A stretch of 60,358 nucleotides of DNA from Pseudomonadota bacterium (lineage in GTDB: Bacteria > Pseudomonadota > Alphaproteobacteria > RF32 > CAG-239), in NCBI GenBank assembly GCA_030523245.1, contig JAUNIW010000004.1:1-60358 (forward strand), given 5' to 3'. This document shows, piece by piece, positions 27,874-38,667 of the stretch; within the stretch, counting starts at the first letter, position 1; each line of letters opens with the position of its first letter. Made by a program: the position numbers and the translations under genes. Under the pieces are notes generated by a model. That model searched no databases and was not told the origin of the DNA. It worked only from the letters and a program-made list of their open reading frames with translations.

Positions 27874-28436
27874 TGCTCTTAGAAAGCCTGAAACAGTTTG
27901 ATTGGATGAATGAACCGGCCAATGTCCGTTTTGATGACAAGGGGATGAATGTTTTGGCTAAATACCGAACGGATTTTTGGTGTTGCGCCCGTTATAATTT
28001 TCGTAAAGATGACGGACATTTTTTCTTTTGTTATGTTTTGGGTGATTTTTGCTGTGATTTGGACTGGGAATTTGCTTCCGCCGGATTGTTTGACCAATGC
28101 GGTATTATGCTGCGTACAGATGTCAATAACTGGTTTAAATGTTCGATTATGTATGAAAAAGAAGATGCGCCGCTGCTGGCAACATCCCTGACGGTTGACG
28201 GCTATTCGGATTTGGCGACAATTCCTCTGCCGACCGGAATTAAACATGTATGGTATCGCCTGAAGAAATATAAAGGCTGCTATATTGCCAGTTATTCTTT
28301 GGACGGACGGGACTATGTACAGCTGCGAAAATTTTATCTGGTACATGATGTAGACGATGTTAAGGTCGGTGCTTATATCTGTTCTCCGCAAAAAGAAGAT
28401 TTTATGGCAACACTGCATTCTGTTAATATGAGTTAA
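27873..28436 (+). CDS. DUF1349-like (concanavalin-type fold) protein
   Basis: WMNEPANVRF...TDFW...GDF pattern typical of DUF1349. ATG overlaps the upstream stop (TGATG), and SD CAGGAG is present. Confidence 0.65.
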   Translation: MLLESLKQFDWMNEPANVRFDDKGMNVLAKYRTDFWCCARYNFRKDDGHFFFCYVLGDFCCDLDWEFASAGLFDQCGIMLRTDVNNWFKCSIMYEKEDAPLLATSLTVDGYSDLATIPLPTGIKHVWYRLKKYKGCYIASYSLDGRDYVQLRKFYLVHDVDDVKVGAYICSPQKEDFMATLHSVNMS

Positions 28437-28460
28437 TGTTTTTCCGGATACCGGAGTATA

Positions 28461-28493
28461 AAAAAAGAAACGCCGCGGAAGGGCGTTTCTTTT
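28461..28493. terminator. bidirectional intrinsic terminator
   Basis: AGAAACGCC-GCGGAAG-GGCGTTTCT hairpin, flanked by an A-run and a T-run, between convergent genes. Confidence 0.72.
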
Positions 28494-28510
28494 AATTTAT
28501 GAGAAAAAGA

Positions 28511-29347
28511 TTATTTTTCTTCTTCTTTAATTTTTTTGCCGTTTAAATCATATTTTTCAATCTGGGCATTTTGGTGCAAATCGGCAACAATCTGGCCGAC
28601 AGCCTGCTGTGAAAGATTGTTTTTAATCTGATCGGCGACGGCGTCAAACGGAAGAGGTTTGGAATCTCTGACATCTTCAACCAAAATAACATGATAACCG
28701 AATTCGGTTTTTACCGGTTTTTGTGAAAAAGTGCCTTTTTTCATGGCAAAAGCAGCCTGAGAAAATTCCGGAACCATTGTTTCTGCCGTAAAATAACCTA
28801 AATCAGCCTGATCTTTAGAATATTTTTTAGCCAGATCATCAAATTTTGCCGATTTATTTTTCAACTTGTCAATGATTTCCTGAGCCAGTTCTTCGGTATC
28901 AACCAAAATGTGTTTTGCCTTGATTTCTTTTTCGGTTTTGAAACCGGAAACATATTCGTCATAGACCTTTTTAACTTCGGCATCAGTTACTTTCAAAGCC
29001 AATTGCTGGTCAATATAAACTTTGCGGGCCAAATCATCCTGCATGGATACCAATTCTTTCTGATACTCCGGAGAGGCCTGAACATTGGCAGCATTGGCAG
29101 CCTGCAGTGCCAGTTTGCTGTTAATCATAACATCTAAAGCCCGATTATAAAATTCATCAAAAGAAACCTGAGCTTTAATCTGAGGTGTTTGGTCATAAGC
29201 TTCTTTTATTTCGGCAACGGTAATTTGTTCGCCGTTGACAACTGCGGCTACACCATTGTTTCTTTCGGCATAAACTTTATAAGTCAAAGCACCGGCCAGC
29301 AGGACAACAACGGCAGCCGTTGTTGCGAATACGTATTTTTTTTGCAT
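28511..29347 (-). CDS. peptidyl-prolyl cis-trans isomerase, parvulin type (SurA/PpiD-like N-domain)
   Basis: N-terminal anchor or signal sequence, and a PpiC rotamase motif (KAKHILV...FGYHVILVED). Confidence 0.88.
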   Translation of the reverse strand: MQKKYVFATTAAVVVLLAGALTYKVYAERNNGVAAVVNGEQITVAEIKEAYDQTPQIKAQVSFDEFYNRALDVMINSKLALQAANAANVQASPEYQKELVSMQDDLARKVYIDQQLALKVTDAEVKKVYDEYVSGFKTEKEIKAKHILVDTEELAQEIIDKLKNKSAKFDDLAKKYSKDQADLGYFTAETMVPEFSQAAFAMKKGTFSQKPVKTEFGYHVILVEDVRDSKPLPFDAVADQIKNNLSQQAVGQIVADLHQNAQIEKYDLNGKKIKEEEK

Positions 29348-29507
29348 AAATTCCTCCTAAATAAACAAATCAAAGTTATCATATATACTTTCTTTATAAA
29401 ATTCAAAGGATTTTTTGGCAATGGTTTATAACTTTTGTGCAGACTCTTGACTTTATACTTTAATCAAACTAAATGTATTTTGAAACAATATATTATAAGG
29501 AACTTCT

Positions 29508-32180
29508 ATGTTAGGAAAAATTGCCCGTAAAATTTTTGGCAGTGCGAATGACCGCTTTGTTAAAAGACAGTATAAAATTGTTAATCAAATCAATGCCTTG
29601 GAGCCTGAATTTATTAAGCTGAGCGATGAGCAGCTTAAAGCAAAAACAGATGAATTTCGCGAAAGATTGAAAAACGGCGAAACGCTTGATGATATTTTAC
29701 CGGAAGCTTTTGCAACAGTGCGGGAAGCCGCCAAACGCGTTATGGGACAACGTCATTATGATGTTCAGCTTATCGGCGGTATTGTTTTACACAAAGGTAT
29801 GATTGCCGAAATGAAGACCGGTGAAGGTAAAACTCTGGTCGCAACGCTGGCAGCGTACCTGAATGCTTTGGAAGGCAAAGGCGTTCATGTTGTAACGGTT
29901 AATGATTATCTGGCTAAACGTGATGCGGAATGGATGGGTAAAGTTTATCGTTTTCTGGGACTGACGGTAGATTATATTGTACATGGCAAAAATGATAACG
30001 AGCGTCGTATGGCCTATAATTCCGATATTGTTTATGCGACAAATAATGAGCTTGGTTTTGATTATTTGCGCGATAATATGAAGTTCAGCCTGTATGAACG
30101 GGTACAGAGAGATTTTAATTTTGCCATTGTCGATGAAGTTGATTCTATTTTGATTGATGAAGCGCGGACACCTTTGATTATTTCCGGCGAGGCTGAAGAT
30201 TCCTCGGCGACATATATAAGTGTTTCCAATTTGATGCCGCAGCTGCTGCCGGATGATTATGAAAAAGATGAAAAACAAAAAAGCGTAACTCTGACCGAAA
30301 GCGGTATGGAACATGTTGAAAAACTGTTGCGTGAAGCCGGACTGATTAAAGACGGTTCTTTGTATGATATCGGAAATGTCAACTTAGTGCAGCATGTAAA
30401 CAATGCTTTGCGCGCACATGAGATGTTCCAAAAAGATGTGGATTATATTGTCAAAGACGGCAAGGTTGTTATTGTTGATGAGTTTACGGGGCGTATTATG
30501 GAAGGCCGCCGTTTCAGTGACGGACTGCATCAGGCTTTGGAAGCCAAAGAAGGCGTGAATATCCAGTCCGAAAATCAAACGCTGGCTTCTATTACTTTCC
30601 AAAATTATTTCCGTTTGTATCCGAAATTGTCCGGTATGACCGGTACGGCAATGACCGAAGAAACGGAATTTTGTGATATTTATAATCTGGTTTGTGTCGA
30701 AATTCCTACAAATAAACCGGTTAAACGCGAAGATTTACATGATGAAGTTTATCGGACGGAAGGCGAAAAATATCGTGCTATTATTAACACAATTCTGGAT
30801 TGTCACCGGCGCGGACAGCCTGTACTGGTTGGTACCACATCTGTTGAAAAATCGGAAATCGTCGCCAATATGCTGCACAAAGCAGCGCCTGATTTGAAAT
30901 TTGAAGTTTTGAATGCCCGATATCATGAGCGTGAAGCATCTATCGTGGCACAGGCAGGTGTTTCCGGTGCTGTGACAATAGCGACAAATATGGCGGGACG
31001 CGGTACCGATATTCAGCTTGGCGGTAATCCTGAAATGAAACTTAAGGAAATGCTTAAGGGTGATGAAACACCGGAACAGATTGCCGAACTGAAAAAGAAA
31101 ATAGAGGCAGAAGTTGCGGCGGATAAAGAAAAAGTTTTGGCTGCCGGCGGATTATATATTTTAGGAACGGAACGTCATGAAAGCCGCCGTATTGACAATC
31201 AGCTGCGCGGGCGTGCCGGCCGTCAGGGTGATCCGGGGACATCTAAATTTTTCCTGTCTATGCAGGATGATTTGATGCGTATTTTCGGTTCGGAAAAAAT
31301 GTCTAACGTTTTGCAGCGTCTGGGACTGCCTGAAGGTGAAGCCCTTGTTCATCCTTGGATTAGCAAGGCTTTGGAAAAGGCTCAGCAAAAAGTGGAAGAA
31401 CGCAATTTCGATATCCGCAAAAATTTGCTTAAATATGATAACGTCATGAATGAACAGCGCAAAATTATTTATGAACAGCGCCGTGAAATTATGGAAACAG
31501 AAGATTTATCCGATACAATCAAAGAAATGCGGGATGAATATCTGGGCGGAATTATTGATGCGCATGTTCCGTATGGTACGAGTGCGGCAGAATGGGATAA
31601 AGAAAGCCTGAAACAGGATTTGGCCGCGGCTACAAGTTTTGTGCTGCCGATAACCAATTGGTGCAATGAGCCGGAAATCGACAGCGAAGGTTTGAAAGAG
31701 CGGATTTTAAATGAAGTGGATAACCGGATGACCGAACGGGAAAAAGCTTTGCCGGCCGATGCGGTTAAAATGGTGCAGAAGAGTATTTTTCTGCAGGTGC
31801 TGGATCAATTGTGGAAAGATCATATTGCTACTTTGGATTTGATGCGGCATACCATTGTTTTACGTGCTTACGGACAAAAAGATCCTCTTAATGAATACAA
31901 AAAAGAAGCGTTTAATATGTTTTCGAGAATGCTTGACGTGTTGAAACAGCGTGTTTCCGTTGTGATTTGTCATACGGTTATTCAGACAGATTCTCAGGAA
32001 CAGATGCAAAAAGCTATGGATAAGGAACAAAATCGCCCTATGTCTGCTGTTCATGAAGGAGATGAACCGCTTAAACCTCTGGAACCGTCAATGTTTTCCG
32101 GCATATCCAGAAATGATCCCTGCCCATGCGGCAGCGGGAAAAAGTTTAAACACTGCCATGGTCGGATTATGGGGGCATGA
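29508..32180 (+). CDS. secA: preprotein translocase ATPase SecA
   Basis: 890-aa ORF with Walker [27 protein letters not shown], and a C-terminal zinc motif [14 protein letters not shown]. Confidence 0.97.
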   Translation: MLGKIARKIFGSANDRFVKRQYKIVNQINALEPEFIKLSDEQLKAKTDEFRERLKNGETLDDILPEAFATVREAAKRVMGQRHYDVQLIGGIVLHKGMIAEMKTGEGKTLVATLAAYLNALEGKGVHVVTVNDYLAKRDAEWMGKVYRFLGLTVDYIVHGKNDNERRMAYNSDIVYATNNELGFDYLRDNMKFSLYERVQRDFNFAIVDEVDSILIDEARTPLIISGEAEDSSATYISVSNLMPQLLPDDYEKDEKQKSVTLTESGMEHVEKLLREAGLIKDGSLYDIGNVNLVQHVNNALRAHEMFQKDVDYIVKDGKVVIVDEFTGRIMEGRRFSDGLHQALEAKEGVNIQSENQTLASITFQNYFRLYPKLSGMTGTAMTEETEFCDIYNLVCVEIPTNKPVKREDLHDEVYRTEGEKYRAIINTILDCHRRGQPVLVGTTSVEKSEIVANMLHKAAPDLKFEVLNARYHEREASIVAQAGVSGAVTIATNMAGRGTDIQLGGNPEMKLKEMLKGDETPEQIAELKKKIEAEVAADKEKVLAAGGLYILGTERHESRRIDNQLRGRAGRQGDPGTSKFFLSMQDDLMRIFGSEKMSNVLQRLGLPEGEALVHPWISKALEKAQQKVEERNFDIRKNLLKYDNVMNEQRKIIYEQRREIMETEDLSDTIKEMRDEYLGGIIDAHVPYGTSAAEWDKESLKQDLAAATSFVLPITNWCNEPEIDSEGLKERILNEVDNRMTEREKALPADAVKMVQKSIFLQVLDQLWKDHIATLDLMRHTIVLRAYGQKDPLNEYKKEAFNMFSRMLDVLKQRVSVVICHTVIQTDSQEQMQKAMDKEQNRPMSAVHEGDEPLKPLEPSMFSGISRNDPCPCGSGKKFKHCHGRIMGA

Positions 32181-32965
32181 TGCGTAAAGCAGAAAAAGAA
32201 CTTAATGCCAATGAGTTGTTAATTATAAAAAAAGAAAAACAGCGCAAACAAGGAGAATTGGCACATAAGGCGAAAAACTTTTTTATCTGTTTTTTTGTAG
32301 TAGCTTTTTTTGTCGGCGGCAGCGGTTATCTGGTTTCGCGTTTTGTTCAAAATCAGGTTGATGATGTACAGTATATGAAAATGTTGAACCGGACAACTCT
32401 GGAAATTTCACAGCTTGTTGATAATATACGAAATGTTTATCTGTTATATCCGGATGAACCGCCGCAGAATATTGATAAATTGATTGAAGCCGGTGCGGTA
32501 CCGGAAACACTGGTGCAGAACGACGGAAACGGAAAATATTTGAAAAACCCTTTCGGCGGCAGAATCGTCATTGAGCCGTCAGAACCGGTCGGTAATAAAG
32601 ATAATACGGTATTTTCTCCGACATTTAAAATGTCGTATCAGGGGCTGTCCAGACGGGCTTGTATAGATTTGGCCGTTATGGACTGGGGCGATAACGTAAA
32701 AGGTCTGGTGGCCATGGCTGTCGGGAATGTGGATGAGATGACCGGTACTGATTCGGCCCTGCAGGAAATTGACAAGGATAATTCAATGAATGAAAAAGGC
32801 CGGCTGCGTAGAATGCGTTATCAGATGAATGTGGCAAAACCTAACGACAAATTTATGCCGGCGCCGTTTTCCCGCGGTAATGCCGAGACGGGGTGTTTCT
32901 GTTCGGAGAACGGCTGTTCTTTTGCTTTGCGTTATGCCGTTTTCAGTATAGAACAGCCTAAATAA
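32177..32965 (+). CDS. hypothetical membrane-anchored protein, paralogue of 18138-18836
   Basis: The ATG overlaps the secA stop (ATGA). One TM helix. Contains motifs [20 protein letters not shown] and [14 protein letters not shown]. Confidence 0.7.
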   Translation: MMRKAEKELNANELLIIKKEKQRKQGELAHKAKNFFICFFVVAFFVGGSGYLVSRFVQNQVDDVQYMKMLNRTTLEISQLVDNIRNVYLLYPDEPPQNIDKLIEAGAVPETLVQNDGNGKYLKNPFGGRIVIEPSEPVGNKDNTVFSPTFKMSYQGLSRRACIDLAVMDWGDNVKGLVAMAVGNVDEMTGTDSALQEIDKDNSMNEKGRLRRMRYQMNVAKPNDKFMPAPFSRGNAETGCFCSENGCSFALRYAVFSIEQPK

Positions 32966-32994
32966 ACTTCTAAAATCTTCTTTTTCGGAAAATA

Positions 32995-33020
32995 TACGCT
33001 TAAAAGAGTCAATAAGCGTA
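32995..33020 (+). terminator. possible terminator hairpin after the secA operon
   Basis: TACGCTTA-N10-TAAGCGTA hairpin (8 bp). The downstream T-run is weak and interrupted. Confidence 0.3.
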
Positions 33021-33093
33021 AAATTTGTGTTGTTTTATCAGGGAAATAAAATATACTTACAAAGGTTTAATTTTTTAATTTGGGACGTAACAG

Positions 33094-34377
33094 ATGTTAG
33101 ATATAAAATTTATTGCTGACAATACCGATTGGGTAAAGAAAAGTTTGGGCCGTAAAGGTTTTCCGGCTGAAAAGGTCGATGAGCTTCTGGAAACTTATTA
33201 TAAATTGAATAAACTGAAAACATCATCACAGGCTCTGGCTGAAGAAAAAAATAAGCTCAGCAATGCAATTAAATCTGCTTCTAATGAGGAACGTCCGGCA
33301 ATTATTGCCAAAAGTAAAGCTATTGGCGAAGAGTTTAAAGCAGAGCAGGAAAAATTAGCGGCGCTGCAGGTTCAGTTTGATGATATGATTTTGAGAATGC
33401 CGAATTATCCGAGCGAAGACAGTCCGGACGGGCCGGATGACAGCTGCAATATTGTCCGCCGGCGTGTGGGCGAAATTCCGCATTTTGATTTTACGCCGCG
33501 GGATCATATTGAGCTGATGGAACTGAATGACTGGGGGGAAATGGAACGGATTGCAAAAGTTTCCGGTTCCCGCACGTATGCTATCAAAAATGATTTGGCT
33601 CAATTGGAACTGGCTATACATATGCTGGTTATGGACAGACTGCGGGCTGCCGGTTTCACGCTTTTGACCGTTCCGGCCATATCTAAGGAAAAACCTTTGT
33701 ATAATCAGGGATATTTACCGTTTGCCCGTGATGAAATTTATTATATGCCGGCCGATGATTTGTATTTATCCGGAACGGCAGAACTGATTCTTAATTCGCT
33801 GCGTGCCGATGAACTGCTGACAGAAGCAGACCTGCCGGTTTTGTATGCCGGTTTTTCTCCGTGTTTCCGTCGTGAAGCCGGTGCGGCCGGAAAAGATACG
33901 CGCGGTCTGGTACGGGTTCATCAGTTTTTTAAGACGGAACAATTTGTTATTTGTAAAAATGATCTGGCTGAAAGCGAGAAGTGGCACCAGATATTGTTGA
34001 AAAATTCAGAAGAAATTCTGCAGGATTTGGAACTGCCTTATCAGGTATTGGAAGTTTGTACCGGAGATATGGGTGCGCCGAAATACCGTCAATATGATTT
34101 GGAAGCATGGGTGCCGTCGCAAAATTGCTATCGGGAAACGCATTCCTGCTCTAATATTACGGATTGGCAGGCGCGTCGTACGAACTTGCGCTATCGTGAC
34201 AATGCCGAAGGAAAAGTCAGATATTGCCATACTTTGAATAATACGGGTATTGCCACGCCGCGGGCATTGGTTCCGTTTATTGAGAATCATCAGCAGGCTG
34301 ACGGAACAGTCCGCATACCGGAAAAATTGCAGCCTTATATGGGTGGAAAAAAATTCATTGGCAAGAATGCTGAATAA
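33094..34377 (+). CDS. serS: serine--tRNA ligase
   Basis: 427-aa ORF with an N-terminal coiled-coil arm and class II motifs (FRRE, GDMG, NNTGIATPR). Confidence 0.96.
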   Translation: MLDIKFIADNTDWVKKSLGRKGFPAEKVDELLETYYKLNKLKTSSQALAEEKNKLSNAIKSASNEERPAIIAKSKAIGEEFKAEQEKLAALQVQFDDMILRMPNYPSEDSPDGPDDSCNIVRRRVGEIPHFDFTPRDHIELMELNDWGEMERIAKVSGSRTYAIKNDLAQLELAIHMLVMDRLRAAGFTLLTVPAISKEKPLYNQGYLPFARDEIYYMPADDLYLSGTAELILNSLRADELLTEADLPVLYAGFSPCFRREAGAAGKDTRGLVRVHQFFKTEQFVICKNDLAESEKWHQILLKNSEEILQDLELPYQVLEVCTGDMGAPKYRQYDLEAWVPSQNCYRETHSCSNITDWQARRTNLRYRDNAEGKVRYCHTLNNTGIATPRALVPFIENHQQADGTVRIPEKLQPYMGGKKFIGKNAE

Positions 34378-35009
34378 TGCAGGATACAGTTGCTGAAATA
34401 ACGGATTTTATGCAGGTCATTGAGCGTGTGTGTCTGGTTAAGCGCGATACGCTCATGACTGACGGCAGTACGGAAAATGATGCTGCACATATTTTCAAAC
34501 TGGCGTTTTTGATAATGCTTGTTTATCCGTACCTGCAAAAAAAATATGATTATCAACGGTTGTTGGAGTTGGCTTTGGTGCATGATATTGCCGAAGGAAT
34601 AACGGGAGATTGTCCCCGTTCGGCACAGGTGGCTCATCCAGAGCGCAGGCTGGAAAAAGAAAAACAAGAGCGGGCAGCTATGGAACTTTATCAAAAAATG
34701 CTGCCGCCGCCGTTGAATAAGAAAATTTTTGAATTATTTAGCGAATATGAAGCCCGCCGGACACCGGAAGCAAAATTGGTTTCGGTTTTGGACAAGATGG
34801 AAGCAAACCTGCAGGCGAATCGTTTTGGCAACGGGGATATCCGTTATTGGACAGACTGTGAAAACGGTGATGAATATTATCGGATTGCCACGGCAAAAAA
34901 GTCGCTGGTTGCCGAGCTGGATGAGAAAATTTTAACAATTTTGGAAAAGAATATTATAGATTTGACATTGGAGAATATGGCAAAGTGCAATATAAAGGTT
35001 TCTCTGTAG
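34377..35009 (+). CDS. HD-domain hydrolase (YfbR-like 5'-nucleotidase family)
   Basis: HDIAEGITGD motif. The start overlaps the serS stop (TAATG). Confidence 0.78.
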   Translation: MQDTVAEITDFMQVIERVCLVKRDTLMTDGSTENDAAHIFKLAFLIMLVYPYLQKKYDYQRLLELALVHDIAEGITGDCPRSAQVAHPERRLEKEKQERAAMELYQKMLPPPLNKKIFELFSEYEARRTPEAKLVSVLDKMEANLQANRFGNGDIRYWTDCENGDEYYRIATAKKSLVAELDEKILTILEKNIIDLTLENMAKCNIKVSL

Positions 35010-35683
35010 AAAAACTGCAGGTTGCTGCATTTGATTGGGATAATACTTTGGTGTGCAGTCGGGAGGCACTGGTTTATTCCATCAATCAGATTTTGCCTTT
35101 ATACGGTTTACCGGCATGGGAAGAAGTTAAAAACAGACGTGATCGGAATCTTTCTTTCAGGGATAATTTTCCACGTATTTTCGGGAATAAGGCTGAAGAA
35201 GCTTATGAAAAATATCGTCAGGTTTATCTGAAATATGCGCCGCGGTTTCTAAAAACAGCGGATGCCGCACCGGATGTTTTGCATTTTCTGCAAAGCAAAG
35301 GGGTAAAGATTATTGTTGTTTCCAATAAAGACAGATTTCTTTTTGATTTTGAACTGCCTCTTTTATATGACAGTAATTTATTTGTACGTACGGTTTGCGG
35401 ACATGAAGCGGCCAAAGACAAACCGTTTCCGGAACAGCTTGAATTTGCGGCAGCCGGTTTAGCTGATGAAATAACGCCGGATAAGGTTTGGATGATTGGT
35501 GACAGTCCGATGGACAGCCGCTGTGCGCTGGCGGCCGGAGCCAAGGCGGTTCGTATCGGGCATCCTATATGGGATACTGCCGAGGAAGCAGAAAGTGATG
35601 CCGTTTCTTTTGTTACAGATTTTAAACTGTTTTTGCGAATATTAAGGGAGCAGAACGCATGCGGCACCGGACAAAATATCTGA
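34985..35683 (+). CDS. HAD-superfamily hydrolase (phosphoglycolate-phosphatase-like)
   Basis: HAD motifs FDWDNTLV, VVSNK and GDSPMD. GTG start, overlapping the upstream gene by 25 nt. Confidence 0.8.
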   Translation: MQYKGFSVEKLQVAAFDWDNTLVCSREALVYSINQILPLYGLPAWEEVKNRRDRNLSFRDNFPRIFGNKAEEAYEKYRQVYLKYAPRFLKTADAAPDVLHFLQSKGVKIIVVSNKDRFLFDFELPLLYDSNLFVRTVCGHEAAKDKPFPEQLEFAAAGLADEITPDKVWMIGDSPMDSRCALAAGAKAVRIGHPIWDTAEEAESDAVSFVTDFKLFLRILREQNACGTGQNI

Positions 35684-36951
35684 TCAGAGTGTGGCTGAAC
35701 AGAATACTGATTTTACTTGTTTTAGGGCTGATTGTTCGGGCTAACGTCGTACGGCTGCGGGATAACGATTATTCTAATTATGAAAAAGTTATAGATTACG
35801 GTCGCATAAAAGATGAAGACAGATTGATTCGACCTGTAATAGCGGCAATATTTTATAAGGGCAAAAATAATATAAAAACATCTCTTACGACCTATTTTAA
35901 CCATAGTGACAATTATAAAAAACAAAATGTTAAAATGGTTGTGGTTCCCAGGCAATTAACAACATACAGCGCAGAAGTCGTAGAAAAATTATATGAGGAA
36001 ATCCGTCATAATAATAAGCTGGAACGCGTTTTGCTGGTGTATGACAAGGAAAATAAGGCTGATGTGGCTGCTCATAAAAAAATGCTTACGCAGGTTATGA
36101 ATGTGCAGAAAGTGGAAGAAATTGCCGTCGATGCCCAGAGTTTAAGCGGTGAAAAACAAATCGAAACATATTTGAATACAAGTTTGGCGCTTGTGGTTTT
36201 TCTGGCCGATTTGGATAAAGGGCTGACCGAGGAAAACAGTGATTTTTTGGCGGAAGAAGCCGTTTATTTTGCCCAGAAGAACTTTTATCAGATGAATGTC
36301 TTTGATGTTATTGATACGCAGCTGGCCAAAGCTTTAGATAAAGATTATGAAACAATGTATCCGCTGGAAACAATGAAAGATGAACCGCGGCTGGCTAAAC
36401 AAAAAAGAAATCTGGAGCGTTATAAACATCATCATTGGCATGTTTTGAGCAATTATTTTGAGTTGAACCTGTTACGGCTTGCACAGGGCGGCGAGGCTGT
36501 TATGCCCGTACACTCCGAAGAAAATTACCGGTTGTATGACCGCGGACGTCTGGTTTTGAAAGCTTTTGACGAGAATTATGTAGAAATTTTTGAAAAAGCC
36601 GAACTGCAAGAAAATAAAGGAATTGCCTTTTTGATTTCTGATGCGGTAAAAAATCTGGTAGACAGCGGCTGTGCCGGCAGGGCAAAATATTTTAAAATAT
36701 ATTTGTTGACGGATTTTGAGCCGGTCAAACTGGAAAAAGATACAATGCTGATGAGTTATCTGGATCAGGACGACAGTGTATATGCCGAACATCAGGATAA
36801 AAAAGCTGTTCTGGTTGCGGATGACCGTCCGGATAATCCGGAAGATTTATCCAATGAAGTCAGAAAAAAAGCTCAAATACCGGAAAATATACCCGATGAG
36901 GATATAAAATTTTACAGATTTAAAACAGTGGAGATGAAGTATGGAGATTAA
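35659..36951 (+). CDS. hypothetical membrane-anchored protein
   Basis: 430-aa ORF with SD AAGGGAG and an N-terminal TM helix. It has only faint resemblance to MEMO (N-terminal half) and AMMECR1 (C-terminal half), and no conserved catalytic residues (see findings). Confidence 0.7.
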   Translation: MRHRTKYLIRVWLNRILILLVLGLIVRANVVRLRDNDYSNYEKVIDYGRIKDEDRLIRPVIAAIFYKGKNNIKTSLTTYFNHSDNYKKQNVKMVVVPRQLTTYSAEVVEKLYEEIRHNNKLERVLLVYDKENKADVAAHKKMLTQVMNVQKVEEIAVDAQSLSGEKQIETYLNTSLALVVFLADLDKGLTEENSDFLAEEAVYFAQKNFYQMNVFDVIDTQLAKALDKDYETMYPLETMKDEPRLAKQKRNLERYKHHHWHVLSNYFELNLLRLAQGGEAVMPVHSEENYRLYDRGRLVLKAFDENYVEIFEKAELQENKGIAFLISDAVKNLVDSGCAGRAKYFKIYLLTDFEPVKLEKDTMLMSYLDQDDSVYAEHQDKKAVLVADDRPDNPEDLSNEVRKKAQIPENIPDEDIKFYRFKTVEMKYGD

Positions 36952-38656
36952 CGGTTTTAAGTTAAAATATTCAACGGAAGAATTGCTTGAAAAAATAAAT
37001 AAGCAGACAAGACAGATTGAATTGATTGATAAACAGCATCCGGCGTATCGCGCTTTATCCGAAGGAGATAAAAAAGCTTTAGATTATCTGGCAAATGCGG
37101 CGCGGATTATGAATGACGTGACTCTGGAAATGGATAATCCGCTGAATCTCGTACAAAAACAGGCTTTGGAAACGGTTGCTGCGGATAATGAGCAAGCGCG
37201 GCTGGCCCTTGATTTATTTAATTCTCTGAACGGGGTTGCCGGTTATAACGGCGTGGATAAAGAACCGGTAGAAATTTTTGAGGGAATACATTTGCTGCCG
37301 GGGTGCAATTTTTATCCGGCGGATATGAATGCCGGAAAATTGGCTGAAATTATAAAAGCAATGCTGGATGCCGGACAGGAAGATGAAGTCAGAAAAATTT
37401 TAAGCGCCCGAACAATGGTCAGATATGACGGTAATTTTTTGAAAGCTGTTGATTATACAGAATATTTTGCTGAAGAGTTTTCAGAAATTGCTAATGAAAT
37501 TGAATGCGCCGCTCATTTTGCGACAGATGAGTTGTTCAAAGACTATCTGGGGTGGCAGGCACAGGCTTTTTTGCAAAATAATGAAGAAATGGATATTTTG
37601 GCAGACAAACACTGGGCAAAAATGCAAAATACACCTTTGGAATTTACAATCAGCCGCGAAAATTATGATGATAAGCTGACGCCGACTTTGTTTGCCGACA
37701 GTGTATTGACTGAGCGGCTGAATCAAGCGGGAATTTATCCGGTTCCTAAAGATATGCTGGGTGTGCGGGTTGGTATTGTTAATAAACAGGGTACGGAATT
37801 GCTGCTGAAATTTAAAGACGAAATGCTGAAACTGGCTGCTTTAATGCCTAAAGCAGAAACGTATCGGCAAAATATCGGTCAGAATACGGGTTTACAGCAA
37901 ACAATGGTGGATGTTGATTTAACGATGCTGAGCGGCGATTATGCTATGTGCCGCGGCGGTATAACACTGGCGCAGAATTTGCCGAATAATGACAAGCCTT
38001 CCCTGAAACACGGCGGTGGCCGGCGCAATGTTTATCATCGTCAGGTCAGACAAAGCGGCGATAAGGAAAAAACACGGCAGATATTGGAAGGTCTGGTCAG
38101 TGTTTCGTTGCATCCGTATTATGAAGAAGAGGCAGACCATTTGTTTACGATTGGTCATGAAAACGGTCATTCTCTGGGGCCGGACAGTCAATATCAGACG
38201 GCTTTGGGTATATATCAGCATATTATTGAGGAACACAAAGCGAATCTGATTTCGGCAGCAATGATGCCGGAATATGTTAAAGCCGGTATTATTACGGCCG
38301 AACAACTGAAAAAAATCTATGCCACATGGGTTATAAAGCGTCATTTGATGACGGCTTATCCGGCAAGCGGTGAAGCGCATCGTGTGGCCGATTTGATTGA
38401 ATATAACTATTTACTGGCTCATAAAGCAATTTATTTTGATGAAAATAAAAAATTGCATATTGATTTTGAACAGATGTCGAAAGTCTGCCGGAGAATGTTA
38501 GAGGATATCATCAATGTACAGTTGTCAAAGTCTCCGGAATGTGCTAAAGCTTATGTTGAAAAGTGGAACAGTTGGGGTGAATTGGCCCAATATGTTGCAG
38601 ATTTCAAGCTTAAACTGGGTGTTAAGCCGTATATTAAACTAATTACACATTTTTAG
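36941..38656 (+). CDS. putative zinc metallopeptidase, M49 (DPP III)-like with pentapeptide HExxH
   Basis: 571-aa ORF with HENGH followed about 30 residues later by EEHKAN, matching the HExxH / EExKA(E/D) pair of atypical M49 members. Confidence 0.65.
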   Translation: MEINGFKLKYSTEELLEKINKQTRQIELIDKQHPAYRALSEGDKKALDYLANAARIMNDVTLEMDNPLNLVQKQALETVAADNEQARLALDLFNSLNGVAGYNGVDKEPVEIFEGIHLLPGCNFYPADMNAGKLAEIIKAMLDAGQEDEVRKILSARTMVRYDGNFLKAVDYTEYFAEEFSEIANEIECAAHFATDELFKDYLGWQAQAFLQNNEEMDILADKHWAKMQNTPLEFTISRENYDDKLTPTLFADSVLTERLNQAGIYPVPKDMLGVRVGIVNKQGTELLLKFKDEMLKLAALMPKAETYRQNIGQNTGLQQTMVDVDLTMLSGDYAMCRGGITLAQNLPNNDKPSLKHGGGRRNVYHRQVRQSGDKEKTRQILEGLVSVSLHPYYEEEADHLFTIGHENGHSLGPDSQYQTALGIYQHIIEEHKANLISAAMMPEYVKAGIITAEQLKKIYATWVIKRHLMTAYPASGEAHRVADLIEYNYLLAHKAIYFDENKKLHIDFEQMSKVCRRMLEDIINVQLSKSPECAKAYVEKWNSWGELAQYVADFKLKLGVKPYIKLITHF

Positions 38657-38667
38657 AGGAAAGTCGG

